A stretch of DNA of 64,000 bases, taken from NCBI GenBank assembly GCA_964019425.1, contig OZ025780.1, positions 496,001-560,000 of the forward strand, read 5' to 3'. Source of the stretch: Flectonema sp. DT1601. Taxonomy: Eukaryota. Below, one piece after another: positions 1-12,200 of the stretch. Made by a program: the position numbers and the translations under genes. How positions within the stretch are numbered: position 1 is the stretch's first letter; each line of letters opens with the position of its first letter. The notes under the pieces are model-generated. The model was not told where the DNA came from. It saw only the letters and a list, made by a program, of their open reading frames with translations, and ran no database searches.

Positions 1-1887
1 TAAGTGACCAGGGAAGAGCTGAAGGGAAAGTTGTGGCTGTGTTTGATGATGATGTGGATTTGGCATCAGTATTTCTAAGAGAAGCACCCCACTGAGAACG
101 TGTTTGAGCACCATCTCTTGTTCGTAATGATTTTCTACCTGCAGTGCTGGTTGAGCCGACAGCTTCTCTGGAAGGCTCTTCTTGAAGAACATGAGGGCAT
201 TCGGCTTCTGATAGACTTCCCGTTACTAAGTGTTCAGCCATAGTTCTTAAAGGTGAGATGTATCTGCTCCAGTCATACGCAGTGGATTCGCTCTTTCCTT
301 TCTTCTTTTTAGTTTTACCGACTTGGTACCATTTCTTCTTCTCAGTCGTCACATCTAATTGGCTTAAATTATTTATTAGTATCGGAGTAGTTATTAGTGC
401 GTTCTTCTCCCAAGAAGCATTTCCATTACAGCGAGTTGAATTTAGTCCCTGAATCCACTTTGTTTGACGATCACCAGAAACAGGACCCTGTGTGATTATA
501 TACAACAGAAGCAATCGAAGTTTATTCGTGTATGTGTTTGATGGTTCTACCGAGTTCATGTATTCGTCTAGGTTTTTTTTAATGCCTTCTTTGTCAATCT
601 ATTTTTTTATTTTATTTTTTTTTTTTTTTTAAAGTGACAAAAAAAATAATAACTTACCTTTGTTCCATCTGCTGCTTCGTGTGTTGCAAGCGTCTGTTCT
701 AAATCACAAACAGTATCGAGTCCACATTTAGTCATGAGATTCATTAATGCACGATGTAGTTCTATGTGAGCCTTGTAGGACTTAATCTGAGCTGTGATGT
801 GTGGGGTTTCCTGAATAGCCGCAGAGATTTGAGTAGTAGTGACCTCCGATGCGTTCTGTTTTCGAATATTCAGAGCTTTGCTATTTGAGACCAGTTCATT
901 TAATTCTTTTGATAGCACGTCTCCGTTGTCAGCAATGTGAGAATGTCTCATTCTGCACCAAATCTCGTTGTCTTCATCAAATCGAAGAGATGACTTACTT
1001 TGAGGACCATCTCCCGACATGGTTACCGTCGCTCTGGTTGGGACACTTTCATCAAATTTCAACTTCACTGATGAATTATCCGGAGGCTGGTCCGCAAGCA
1101 TCGCCTGATACGTTAACTCATGTAGTAACGGTCCTATGCAGTCAAGTGACCTGTCAAGTACTAATAATGGTACTGATGTTGATGGTGGGACAGCCATGTC
1201 AATTCTTTCTGATTGAACTTTACTGAGTGTTGTTGCTAATAAGTGAGAAGCAGCACATTTACCTCCCTTTTGATGTCTTATTGAGACGGTGTCTCCCATG
1301 GTTAAGATCACGTCCATTAACTGATGGGCAATTCTGGTTGTGATCTCTTCAGTGTCTCCTTTTGCTTTTGAAAAGAAGAACGACAAATCATTCGGGATTT
1401 GAAGATTAAACAAATGAGGTTCCACAGCTAAGAATTCCACACTAAGAGACTTCAGAGTTTTTAAGTGTGATGTCAGTACCTTTGCTTCTTGTAAAGGACG
1501 AAGGTACTGAGACTTAACTTGTGAAGTAAAAAAGACATGCGCTTCAGCATAAGGCTTTGCCTTCCAACCTTTATCTTTTGAAGGCGTCCAATCATTTATT
1601 ATAAGAGAGATATTCTTTGCCGTACACTGACATAGATAGATTACGGGATTTCTTGCTAGGAATTGTCTACCGTTGCTTAAATTTTCAACCAACGGTACGC
1701 CATGTCTGGTTAGATCGTTTACCTTGTAGATACACTCTAATATAGACAGTGACCAGTCATCACATACTAATACACAACCCAGTTGTTTTACTGCTTCATT
1801 TGGTGCGCTGAATACTTCGTTCTCAAAACGTTCTCTAACTGCCTTCATCAACCCCGGGGGTTGGGGTGTTCGCCTTCCCTGTTGCAT
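1..1887 (-). CDS. Sec1/Munc18 (SM family) vesicle-trafficking protein, 3' end runs off the window
   Basis: SM-family motifs (VLVCDDWS, VENL..GRQ, LLVLDRSLDCIGPLLHELTYQAM, W.RMRHSHIAD, LEQTLAT). Exon 1887-658, GT-AG intron 657-599, exon 2 from 598 continues in frame (IDKEGIKKNLDEYM...). Confidence 0.92.
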
Positions 1888-3311
1888 TATTGAGGAAGGG
1901 TGTCTGGGTGAAAAAGAAAAATGAAGTTTAAATATAAAAAAACGGAAACCCCTACAGATCTACCCCCCAGGTTTGGAGAAACATATACTACGGCCTCGGC
2001 CTTCTTTAGCTTTTTTTTCCCCCTGAATATGTGTTTAAATCGGCAAAATTGAAAGCGACGCACTTTCATCACATAACTAACTATGTACCTGTGTGAGAAA
2101 TGAGAAAGGGATTCATAATGTGATTATTAAAAAATAATTTTAAAAGTAATTATCAAAGAAAAAAAAAAAAAAAAAAAAAAAAAGAAGAGAAGAGAAGAAG
2201 AAAAAAAAAGAATCTCCTGCAACCAAAAAAAAAAAAAAAAAAAAAAAACCAAACTATTCCTAGAAAACACAAACAGGAATCAAAAACAACATCAGAGTTT
2301 TTTCTATGTTAGTAGGCACACGGTCTATTTGTTTATAACGCAGATCACTCCATTAGTAGCAGTCATCCCATATTGGTTCTATTTCCAGAGATAATTAACA
2401 CACGGCATCTAAAAACATTATAGTACAGGAAAATGTCTCTTTATGTGTTAGTTACTTTTGGTACGATCAAAAAGTAAGGGATAATTAACATATGGCACCC
2501 AGCACACTGGTCTATTTAGTTAGAGTAGATATTTGTTTGTGGTAATGCGCCCACGGGGGGTACACACACAAGGAAAAACATTAAAAACCTTTTTTTTTGC
2601 AGAGCATTGAGATTCTTTTTTTTTTTTAGAGCGTGGGGGGAAAATAAAAAAAATAAAATAAAAATGTCGAAAAATTCTGTAACTTTAGGAAGGGAAGTGA
2701 CAAAGGTCGACTTTTAGTACAGAGATAATCAGAGTTAGGGAAACAGCACATGGTCTAGAAATCGAAACATGATGCGCAGGATGGTTGTCCCTTCCACTTC
2801 CCCTTCTCACCAATCACCGTACAACGTTAAAAGACGAAAAACTCCTCTTTTTAACGTATACAGTGAAAGAGAACGAAAGGGGAAAAAGAAAGGGAAAACG
2901 AGGGGTGAAAAAAAAAAAAAAAAAAAAAAAAAAAGGAGTGGGGGGAAAAAGTGACATACAGGAACTTCAAAAAAAAAAACAACATAACAAAGAAAAAGGA
3001 AAGGTACTTTTTTCTCTTTTTTTTAAAAATAATTGCTGCGTAACTGGTAGTAGCTGGAAGATAGACCGCATGCGTCAGAGGAATAAATCCAAACGCCGTA
3101 ATTATTTTGAAGAAAATAAGCTGGAGATTAAAACCAAGAAGGAAATTTCAAGAAAAGAAAAACAATAAACGAAAATAACGCAATAGTAGCCACTGGTTGT
3201 TTCCTTTTTTTTTTTCTTTTTTTTTTTTTATTATTAACCTGTGACACAAAACATTGTTAAGATGTTTATTTAAAAAAAACAAAAAAAAAAAAGTGAAATT
3301 TTTGGAAAGGG

Positions 3312-3342
<31 letters not shown>

Positions 3343-6300
3343 GGGTTTTGTTTGCACACAATTGGAAACAAAAAAACTTGAAAACTAATTGTTTCTCTTT
3401 CAGAACAAGAAAAACTCAAAAGATAATAACTGCACAGGAACGATAACGTAACATCTGTTACAGACACAGTAACTATCTCTTGTAACTCAACTAAACCTTT
3501 TGAAGTAACTACAAGAGCAACTGAGAATCCAATTTTCAGCGCTTTTTGGATTTTTTTCTTCGGCCGACAAACATCCTTCGAAATCTTGTTTTTTAAGAAA
3601 TGAAGATTCGTTAAACCGGCAAAAAGGAAGAGTAAGTTTTTTTATAAATAAAAAAAAAAAAAAAAAAAAAGTGTTGATCGCACGGAGCTTGTTTCCGGCT
3701 TTATGGTGCCTTTTACAAGAAAATAATATATCCTCGACAACCTTAGTAACAATTTTTTTTTTTTTCTTTTTTCTAGAAAGGGGGGAGAGTCTTAGTGATT
3801 CTGACGAAAATACACATTCCGCAAGACATGTTATTTGTTTGGGAGTATTCTTAAAAATAATTTATTTCAGATTCAAACCCAAAATAAAAAAATAAAAAAA
3901 TAAACTCCCAGAGCCGTCTGGTGAGTTGCAAGTCATCTTCCTCAACAAGTCGACTTTGCAAATTTAAAAAAAAAAAAAAAAAAGAAGAGGAAGAGGAAGA
4001 GGAAAAAAAAAAGATATCATCGAGGGAAGCCTATTACGATATTTGTTCATATCACAAAACAAACAATTTCGAAGAGGGCATGTGTGCAAAAAAGAAGAAA
4101 AAAGGGGGGAAATTTGAAGAGGGGAAGTAATTAAATAAAACGAAATCACTGTAAGAAATACTGACCTCAATTATAAACGACGATGCTTTTAATTGGTACA
4201 ATTTCTTGACAGGTGAAACGACAATGAAAAGAGAGAGAGAGTAGGGGGGAAAACGTGATAAGAGTATGAGTTAGTTAGTTAGTATGACTTTGATTATCCG
4301 CCAAAAACGAAAAATCATTTCGTCAACACCCGAACAGGGGAACGAGGAAATTAGGAAATTTTTTTTTTTTTTTTATACACAAAAAAGATTCCGTTTGAAA
4401 TTTTTTTTTTTTTTTAAAAAAGATCGACACCCAGCAACAGCTGGGGATCAATTTATGTATCTAAGCCAGGAAACTTAGTTCTTCAATGCTGGTAGTGTAG
4501 TCAGAAAGTGATGCTCACTTCTTTATTCAACCAACAAAAACATTCCATCTTGATCCAAATCAAGAGTACTTTTTAAAATACTAAATTAACTCTGTACTTG
4601 TGAAGGAGATAACCTACTTAGCAACAGCTGAGTGAGGTCATCTTCACTGGGATGAGGAATCATTTTGGGACGTCTAAAAACACGATTCGAGTAAAATTAT
4701 TAAAGTTTTTTATATATAAAACAAGAATAGGGGAAAAAAAAAAAAAAAAAAAAATTACCTCGGAAAAAAAAAAACAATCTTTTTCTTTTGGTTTTAAATA
4801 AACCAAAGACAGGTTCCTCATGAAACTTAGAGTCTTAGAGCAGAAATTAAATCAGTTGTGGGGGTGAAACTTTGACAATGTAAAAACAATAACAACTTTT
4901 AGGTATTTAAAAACAAAATTAATATCAAGTACTTGACTGAAAGATATTGTTGCGGGAGGGGTGTTTTTTTTATTGGGGTCTTGTTGTTGTTTTCGGGGAA
5001 ACCACAAACTAAAGAACAGAATTAGGACATCCTTTTTTTCTTTTGGTATGTTTCAACACAACCAAAGATAAGGGAAGTAATTAAGAACAGATACATTTGT
5101 ATGGTTGATCACCAACCAAAAAGTGTATGGAAGACAGGTGTGAAGGATAAAGACGCAAATCTAAAAAAGAGGATTAATCGAGTTATTTATTAAGAGACGT
5201 CAGGGTAGCCAAAACTTTTTTTTTTTTTTTTTTTTTTTTTGGAAAAAAAAAAAGCTCACCTCTACCCAGACTCGCAGACTTGCAGTGTGAAGAGACGACC
5301 GATGACCAATTTAATCACATACATACCCTTTTCAATCACTCAATACAACGCTGCAAGTACAGCTGATGGGAAAACTAATTCTACGTTGTGTGATCTCACC
5401 AACGACAGGGGCGGTGAGGGATCACACTTCTATTTAGGAAACCAAGCCCCATTGGATAAGAAGCCCAGCAAAAGAAAACTAAATTACCTACTTGGGAAAC
5501 TACAATTGAAGAAAGGGTTGGCGTCGCAATTTTTACATTTGCGTTCTTTGTTTTGATTTGTTTTTTGTTGTTATCGGTGTTGTCTTTTGGTCGTACAGTC
5601 AACCAAAGAGGGTATAAAAAGTAAGTAGTAGTAAAGAATACCAAAATCATCTTTTTCAAAAGTGTTAAGTTATATTTTTTTTTTATATTTTTATATTTTT
5701 TTTTATTTATTTATTTTGTTCATTTATCCAAAAATCAGGGAATCAGTATTTTTTTTTTTTTTTTTTTGTTATCATTAATTGGAAAAAAAAAAAACAAAAA
5801 AAAAAAAAAAGAGAAACTAACTAATTCCCTTCCATCTTATATAACCAACAAAAATGAAAGAGGAAAAAAAACGGGGAGAGAGAGAGAGAAAAATTTTTAT
5901 TAATTTACTGCAGAATAGACACGCTAAGCTTCTCAGCAACACCTGCAGAACAGACTCAGAGAGGATGTATAAGAGAAAGGGGAAAAATAACTTTTTTTTT
6001 TTTTTTTTTCCAGGCAAATCAGGTCACGGAGGGTGCACCTAAGCATCTTTAAAAAATTGTTTCCAAAAAAAAGTTTTTTTCGGCTAGAAAACAGCCGAAT
6101 AAAATAGGAAACACGTCACATATAGGGTTCAATTGTGTGTTAACGGAAAATCCATCCGAAAGAAACTCAATGAAAAAAAGGGAGAACAAATAGTAAAAAG
6201 TACCTATTTGAAAACATGCGAGGAAAAAGGATAATTTTAAAAAAAAAATGCTACTTTATTGTTGAAGTGTTTTTTTTTTTTTTTTCTTTTTTTTTTTTTC

Positions 6301-6398
6301 CTTTTACAGCTGTAAAAAATTCCTTTGAATTGACACAGCTATCAGTAAGACACCCACCCTTGACAGGTGAGTCCAACCCCAAAAGGGAAACGAGAGGC

Positions 6399-6611
6399 CT
6401 ACTGGTCACACTTTTCTTCTATCGAAGAACAAGGCGACAATGAATGTTGCGACTGTGCATCCGACCACTCTCTCACTATTCTCGCAGCTCTTTTTTGACG
6501 CCTCTTTGAGAGGTCAGCTTTTGTACGCTTTGATCTTTTCACATCGTTGTTTATAAAAGACAACGCAGTAATAGCTCCGGCACCGAGTGCAAGAAAGTGA
6601 AGAGACGACAT
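6399..6611 (-). CDS. Putative 70-aa protein with hydrophobic N-terminus and basic middle
   Basis: ATG preceded by an A-rich leader like neighbouring genes, same strand as the gene run, no homopolymer-derived codons. No family recognised. Confidence 0.35.
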   Translation of the reverse strand: MSSLHFLALGAGAITALSFINNDVKRSKRTKADLSKRRQKRAARIVREWSDAQSQHSLSPCSSIEEKCDQ

Positions 6612-6711
6612 TTTTTGTTTGTTTTGGTAAAAAAGTGCTGAATGAGAACTAAATTTGAATTAAGAATCATCCCTACTAAGGTAAGTTAGAATACGAGTTT
6701 ACTATAAAAAA

Positions 6712-7760
6712 AGTGCACTAATCATAGATGGAAGTGCCCTCCAAATTTGGAGGGCGCCTGGTGAAAATCAGCCACAAAAATTTGTAGGGCCAAAATAGGG
6801 CCATTGTAGGGCCAAAATAGGGCCAAAATAGGGCGCTGGAGGGCGCGTAGGGCGCTTTTTTAATTAAATTTAATATAATGCCGAGCTCATTTTGACACAC
6901 CCCTGCCCTCAGCGAGGGTCGAATCGCATCTTATTTGACTTTTCTCCGGTTCGCCCGATCAAATGCGTCTCTGGGATATCAGTTTACTTGCCACCAGTAA
7001 ACTTCTTTTTTTTCTCACACGGTACCGTGAAGACCGGCCTATTAACAGGTTAGCAAGAACGCACTCTCCCTCCTCGAATCCCTTATATTCGACTCGGTGC
7101 ATTCTGCGGGCTAATCAGCTCCTTGTAGATCCGGGATGCATCGTCCACTGAAATGAGTTTCAGCTTCAGGGATTGCAGCAGGCCCGGAAGCTCTCAAGGA
7201 GTGGCCCATTGTTTTTGCCATTGTTCACCTCCGACCATGACCTGGAGGTCTCAGGTTCGAACCCCTTGACACCCTTTTTTTTTTTCGAAAGACTGCCAAG
7301 CATGTCAAAAAAAATTTTTTTGGCTTCTGCGTCAAAATACTTGTGCGTCAGTGTAAGTCCCCGTCAACTTAGCTGTCTTATAGTAATAAAAAAAGTAAAA
7401 AAAAGCGCCCTCCAAAATAATATTTATATTAAAAGCGCCCTACAAGCGCCCTACACGCCCTCCAAATTGTAGGGCACTTCCATCTATGACTAATAATAAA
7501 AAAAAAAAATTTAAAAAAATTATAAAAACACAATTGTTCTGCTGTTCCATAATACACCGCGGAATATGTAGTTTCAGGAGCCTTAATTTTATACTACTTG
7601 TCCCTCTTAGGCCTTCATCTGTAAGTTCTAAGGGACTTCATTCCAGTTAATTAATAAATCGGATTTATCAATTGGTCCATTTTCACCTGACAAAAAGTAA
7701 ATAATAACATCACAACTCACACTATTCAACAAGACTGGAAGGTGTACTTCTGAGGTGTAA
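6712..7760. repeat. Dispersed ~230-bp repeat, copy A (split by the MITE)
   Basis: AGTGCACTA...TGTTCTGCTGTTCCA...GGAATATGTAGTTTCAG...ATACTACTTGTCCCTCTTAGG is shared with 43463-43690. Confidence 0.75.
6723..7488. mobile_element. Non-autonomous TIR element (MITE-like), 766 bp
   Basis: Terminal inverted repeats CATAGATGGAAGTGCCCT...AGGGCACTTCCATCTATG with subterminal AGGGCG/AGGGCCAAAAT repeats; flanked by direct repeat ACTAAT (6717-6722 and 7489-7494); no convincing coding ORF. Confidence 0.85.
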
Positions 7761-7858
7761 ATAGCACACTTATGGCTGGCTTCTTTGTTTTTTTTTTTTT
7801 TTTTTGTTTTTTTGTCTTCCGTCTCCTCCACATATTCGAAGAACAGTTTATTTGTGTA

Positions 7859-8168
7859 TCAGCTGCCTTCGATGCTTTTGCGAGCGTAGGCTGCTGCTAC
7901 TCCTCCAGACTGGTGGGGGTTGATTTTTTTTTTTGTATTCAAAAAAAAAAAATAAATAAAAATATATCCACGAATCGACTAAGAATAATGGACATACCGC
8001 AGAACCAGAGTGTATACTTTGAAAGACGCTTGATGCTTCCATACTCCCTGCTACTGATGGTCTAGCATAGTCAGTAACCATATCATTATTGTTGATTGGA
8101 TTTTGAGCCAGTGTTGGAACATCGAGAGTTCCCCAATCACCTGCAAGTACACGAGCGCTATGCACCAT
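7859..8168 (-). CDS. Small two-exon hypothetical protein (73 aa)
   Basis: Exon 8168-7998, intron GTATGT...CCAG 7997-7910, exon 7909-7859 (SGGVAAAYARKSIEGS*). Splicing removes the homopolymer-rich part of the ORF-track call and keeps frame. Confidence 0.6.
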
Positions 8169-9255
8169 CTTTGTGTATCTGATTTGTGATGATAGGGGAA
8201 AAAAAATCTATTTTTTTTTTTTTTTTAAATATTTTTCCATCACATCATCTCAACTTAAGACAAGCAAGTAATCTGTTGAAAATAAAATAATAAATTCAGT
8301 TAAATCAAAAACAATAAACAACAACAACAGAAAAACAGTAAAATAACTAAACTACAGAAAGAGCCTATCGTCTTAGGGCATGCGACTGCGACGAATAAAA
8401 AAAATCACACACGAAAAAACACAGTCTGCAAGATTTCAGTAAGCCTTATGACCTAACGAATCCTAGAGCTGTGATGTGTATGTCTATGTATTCATAAGGG
8501 TTTCCCTTCACAAAAAAAAAAGAAAGGGGAAAAAAAAACCAATCCAGCCTTATATTGAACGCAGCTCATGGTCATAGAGACCGCTAAGCAATTAGAAATA
8601 ACGGCTTTCAATCTGAATAGTTTCTTCTCCCGACTACGTCGGTACAAACAAAAAAAAAAAAAAAAAAAAAAAAACAGAGATTCCATATCAAAGCCTACTA
8701 TTCAGAAATGAACACTCACAGATGAAATGGAAGCGTGTTTTTTACTCTTATAATGAGGCTGACAGAGTACCAAAAAGAATACCAAAAAAAAACCAATTTG
8801 GGAAGCAGGTTGGAGGGCTCTACGACTCACAACCAAGTACATAGTTAATACATACATAATGGAGAAAGCCGAAACAAAATCTAACTAAAGAAAAAAAAAA
8901 AGAGCTTCGGGTTGTTCCAAAAAAAAAAAAAAAAAATCGTTTGTGCAAAGAAACTGTAAAACACGATTCGATATGACAAGAAAAAGAAAATAAAGCTTTT
9001 TTCTAAGAAGAGGGAAATCAATCTAGGGTATAGCGAAGGAGAAGTATGTAAAAGGTAAAAAGTCATCAGAACAGACTTGTAAACATTCTGAGCAGTGAAT
9101 GTTAAGAAAGAAAGGTTTAACGGAGCTCCATATTATTTTCTATGTTTATCCATGAAGGTATGTGAAATGTTAATTGCATTTAAAGAAGAACAATTGAGCG
9201 ATGAAACTGTGCATCTCATGCGTCTGTCGATTTGGTCCAATTTCAAGTGAAGAAA

Positions 9256-12200
9256 TCATCCAGATCTCGCTCCATAGAACTCATCGTGAAGAGGGTTATT
9301 CTCTTTTGCTGCTGCTTCAGCAGAGTTATTGGGAGTGGCGTTTGAATCAAGTTTCTGCATTTGCTGATCTTTTTTCCTCTTCTGCAAGACGTAGTACGCA
9401 ACTGCTGCGAGGAGGAGGATAACAGCAGCACAGATTCCTACAATGAGAGCTATCTGTTCTGGTGAAAGACCACTACCACCACCTCCAGATGTCGTTCCTT
9501 GGGTACTAACTAAGTTACAACTTTGTGAAGTTGCTGACCATACACAACCAGTTGTAGCAGTACACTGTACTTCAGTAGTCAGACCAACACATACTGATCC
9601 TGTACCAATTGGTGTTGTAGGCCACGCTCTTATTATTCCCATTCCATTTTGAGTAGTTGCACTTGCTAAGAATCGTCTGGCTAACTCAACAGCAGTCGGT
9701 TCATTTCTATTTGCAGGAAGTGGTTGGAATTCCACCTGAACTTCTAACCCTTGAGGATCTGATCTAACAGCCGTGACAATACATCGATCACTCTGAACAT
9801 TAAGAGAAGCGCACACTGTGGCAGCATACGCATTCCTATCAAAATTAACATCAGAAGTGGTAGTTCTGATGAGTGCTCTCACTGCTGTTGTTACTATTTC
9901 ATTTACGACCTGTTTTGTTTGTTTGTAGTTTATATAAAATAACATAAAAAGTCACAAGTATAACAACCACAAACCTCAAAAGTAGTCGGCTGTGAAGGAA
10001 GATTCTCGCTATCAAAAGCAACAACGCTGACTCGAGCAGTTCCCCCTGCAGATGTACCAGAAGTAGTGAAAGAGAGAACACCTGCCTCACTAACTTGTGG
10101 TTGAGTTGAGAAGATGCCTGGGTTATCAGTTGATACTTCAAACCTAACACGTTGGTTCTCGTTAGGTGGTCCTCCTGTTTAGTTTATTATATTTCATTCA
10201 ATAAATAATAAACAACTCCCACACAATACATACCAATTATACTCGTAGCCCATGCCTGTGAGTAGGTTGTCTGAGCAGCAATTGGAATGGTTAGAGCCCC
10301 TGGAACAAATGACGGAGGATCATTAACACTTAATACTTCAATAGTAAATGTTTGAGGTGGTGATGTGTCTATTCCTCCATTAGCAACTCCTCCATTGTCG
10401 ATTAGAGTTACCGACATCTGTGAAACTCCAAAAGCATTTGGTGCTAAAGTAAAACTTAACGTTCCCGTAGATGAAATAATCGGATTCGATGCGAACAGTC
10501 CAGCAGTACCTGCCTGGACTTGAAATTGCATCGTCTGTCCAATCTCATCAGTAGAATCAACAGGACCAGGTAGTATTCCTGTAGCCCATTGTGCTAACAC
10601 TAAATCAGCTGCTGGTGCATCCTCATTAACTTGAACATTAGATCCAACACTAAACTGTGGAGCATCATTCACTGCAACTATTGATATGGTAAAGGTTCTG
10701 GGCGTGCTGGTGTCTAGTCCTCCGTTTGCTGTCCCACCAGTGTCCTGATTTGGTTTTTTTTTTTACGACGAATTTTTCAGGGGGAAAAAAAAAAAAAAAA
10801 AAAAGAAAGAAAAAAAGAAAAAAACATACCCTAGCAATAACAGTAATGGCAGCATTCCCGTTACGATTTGAATTTGGTGTATAAGTGAGATCACCAGATA
10901 TTGATGACAACCGAACTTGCTCAGAGAACAAGTTTGGCTGAGCAGCAGTAGCCGTGTAAGAAATTGTTTGATCCGTTTCAAGAGGACCTGCATTTTGAAA
11001 TGACAACCACTGAGAGACGACTTGCTGAGGAGCATCCTCAAACACTGTGATATCTGGTCCAACAGTAAATATCGGAGGATCGTTAACAGGTAGAATTGTT
11101 ATTGAGAAACTTTGATCAACTGAACGGAGGTTTTGCTGCGGATCAGTCAACGCTGCGGTGACCAACACAACACCAAAAGTATTCAAATTAGGAACAAACG
11201 ACAACACACCAGCACTATCAATAACAGGTCTGTTGACTGTGATATTATCCGGCACCGTCGACACAATTTCAAAAACCGGAGTTCCGACAACATTTCGAAA
11301 CGTTGTCGCAAATATACCTGAATAGGCACCGCTATCTTCTAAAACAGTAACATCAGTTCCCCTCGTCCAGGTTGGAAGACTCTGAATACCAGTTACTTGA
11401 ATGTTAATTGTTTGTGATGTCGAAGTATCAACTCCATTATTTGATATTCCCCCATTGTCTTGTAAGGTAACAACAGCAGTCGTATTTCCTGAACGAGTTG
11501 CGGATGGAATGAATGAAAGAACTCCTGAAGTAGCATCAACAGCAGGTTGTTGTGCAAACAACAATGGATCTCCTACGACAATATTAAATTGCAGTACTTG
11601 AGATGCCTCATTTGCTGGTCCCGGAGAGATGGCAGTAGCCCACAACTGACTGTATCGTCCACCATTCTCACCTGACCTGATATTAGTACTCAATGATGTA
11701 AATGATGGCTGGTCATTGACTGGTGAAATTTCAATAGTAAATGGAACCCTAGCTTGATTATTTCCAGTGTCAGTAGCAACAACTTGTAGTTCTACAGTTC
11801 CAAAGGCGTTTGGTAATACCTGGTAGTGGGTTGTGATTGTGTCTGGTTTTGATAATAATAAAAAAAAATCAAAAAAATAATAAACAACAAACCTGAACTG
11901 TAATAGGTCCTTGAGGGTAACGAATAACCCTAGGTAGTTGAGTCAGTTGATTACTCCAAATGACTGTCGCCGAAGCGTCTTGTTCGATGGTAACACTTGT
12001 GATTCCTTGAGAGAGTTCATCAGGAGGTCCTGGTACGACATTTACTAACCAATTATCAAAAGTTGTAGAACCAGAATCTTCAACTACTCTAATACGAGAA
12101 GTATCAAGTGTTACTACTGGAGGATCATCAACAGGGGTGATTGTTATTGATGATGTCCAACACGTTGAATCAACTCCTCCATTCAATGTACCTCCGTCAT

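Noticed and set aside
2000..6400. Short Lys- or Phe-rich ORFs here and in other intergenic regions
   Set aside because: Products of poly-A/poly-T tracts.
7202..7285. Intact tRNA gene (CAT anticodon-like)
   Set aside because: T-arm/B-box is present but I could not build acceptor and D stems, and a T5 run follows the A-box.
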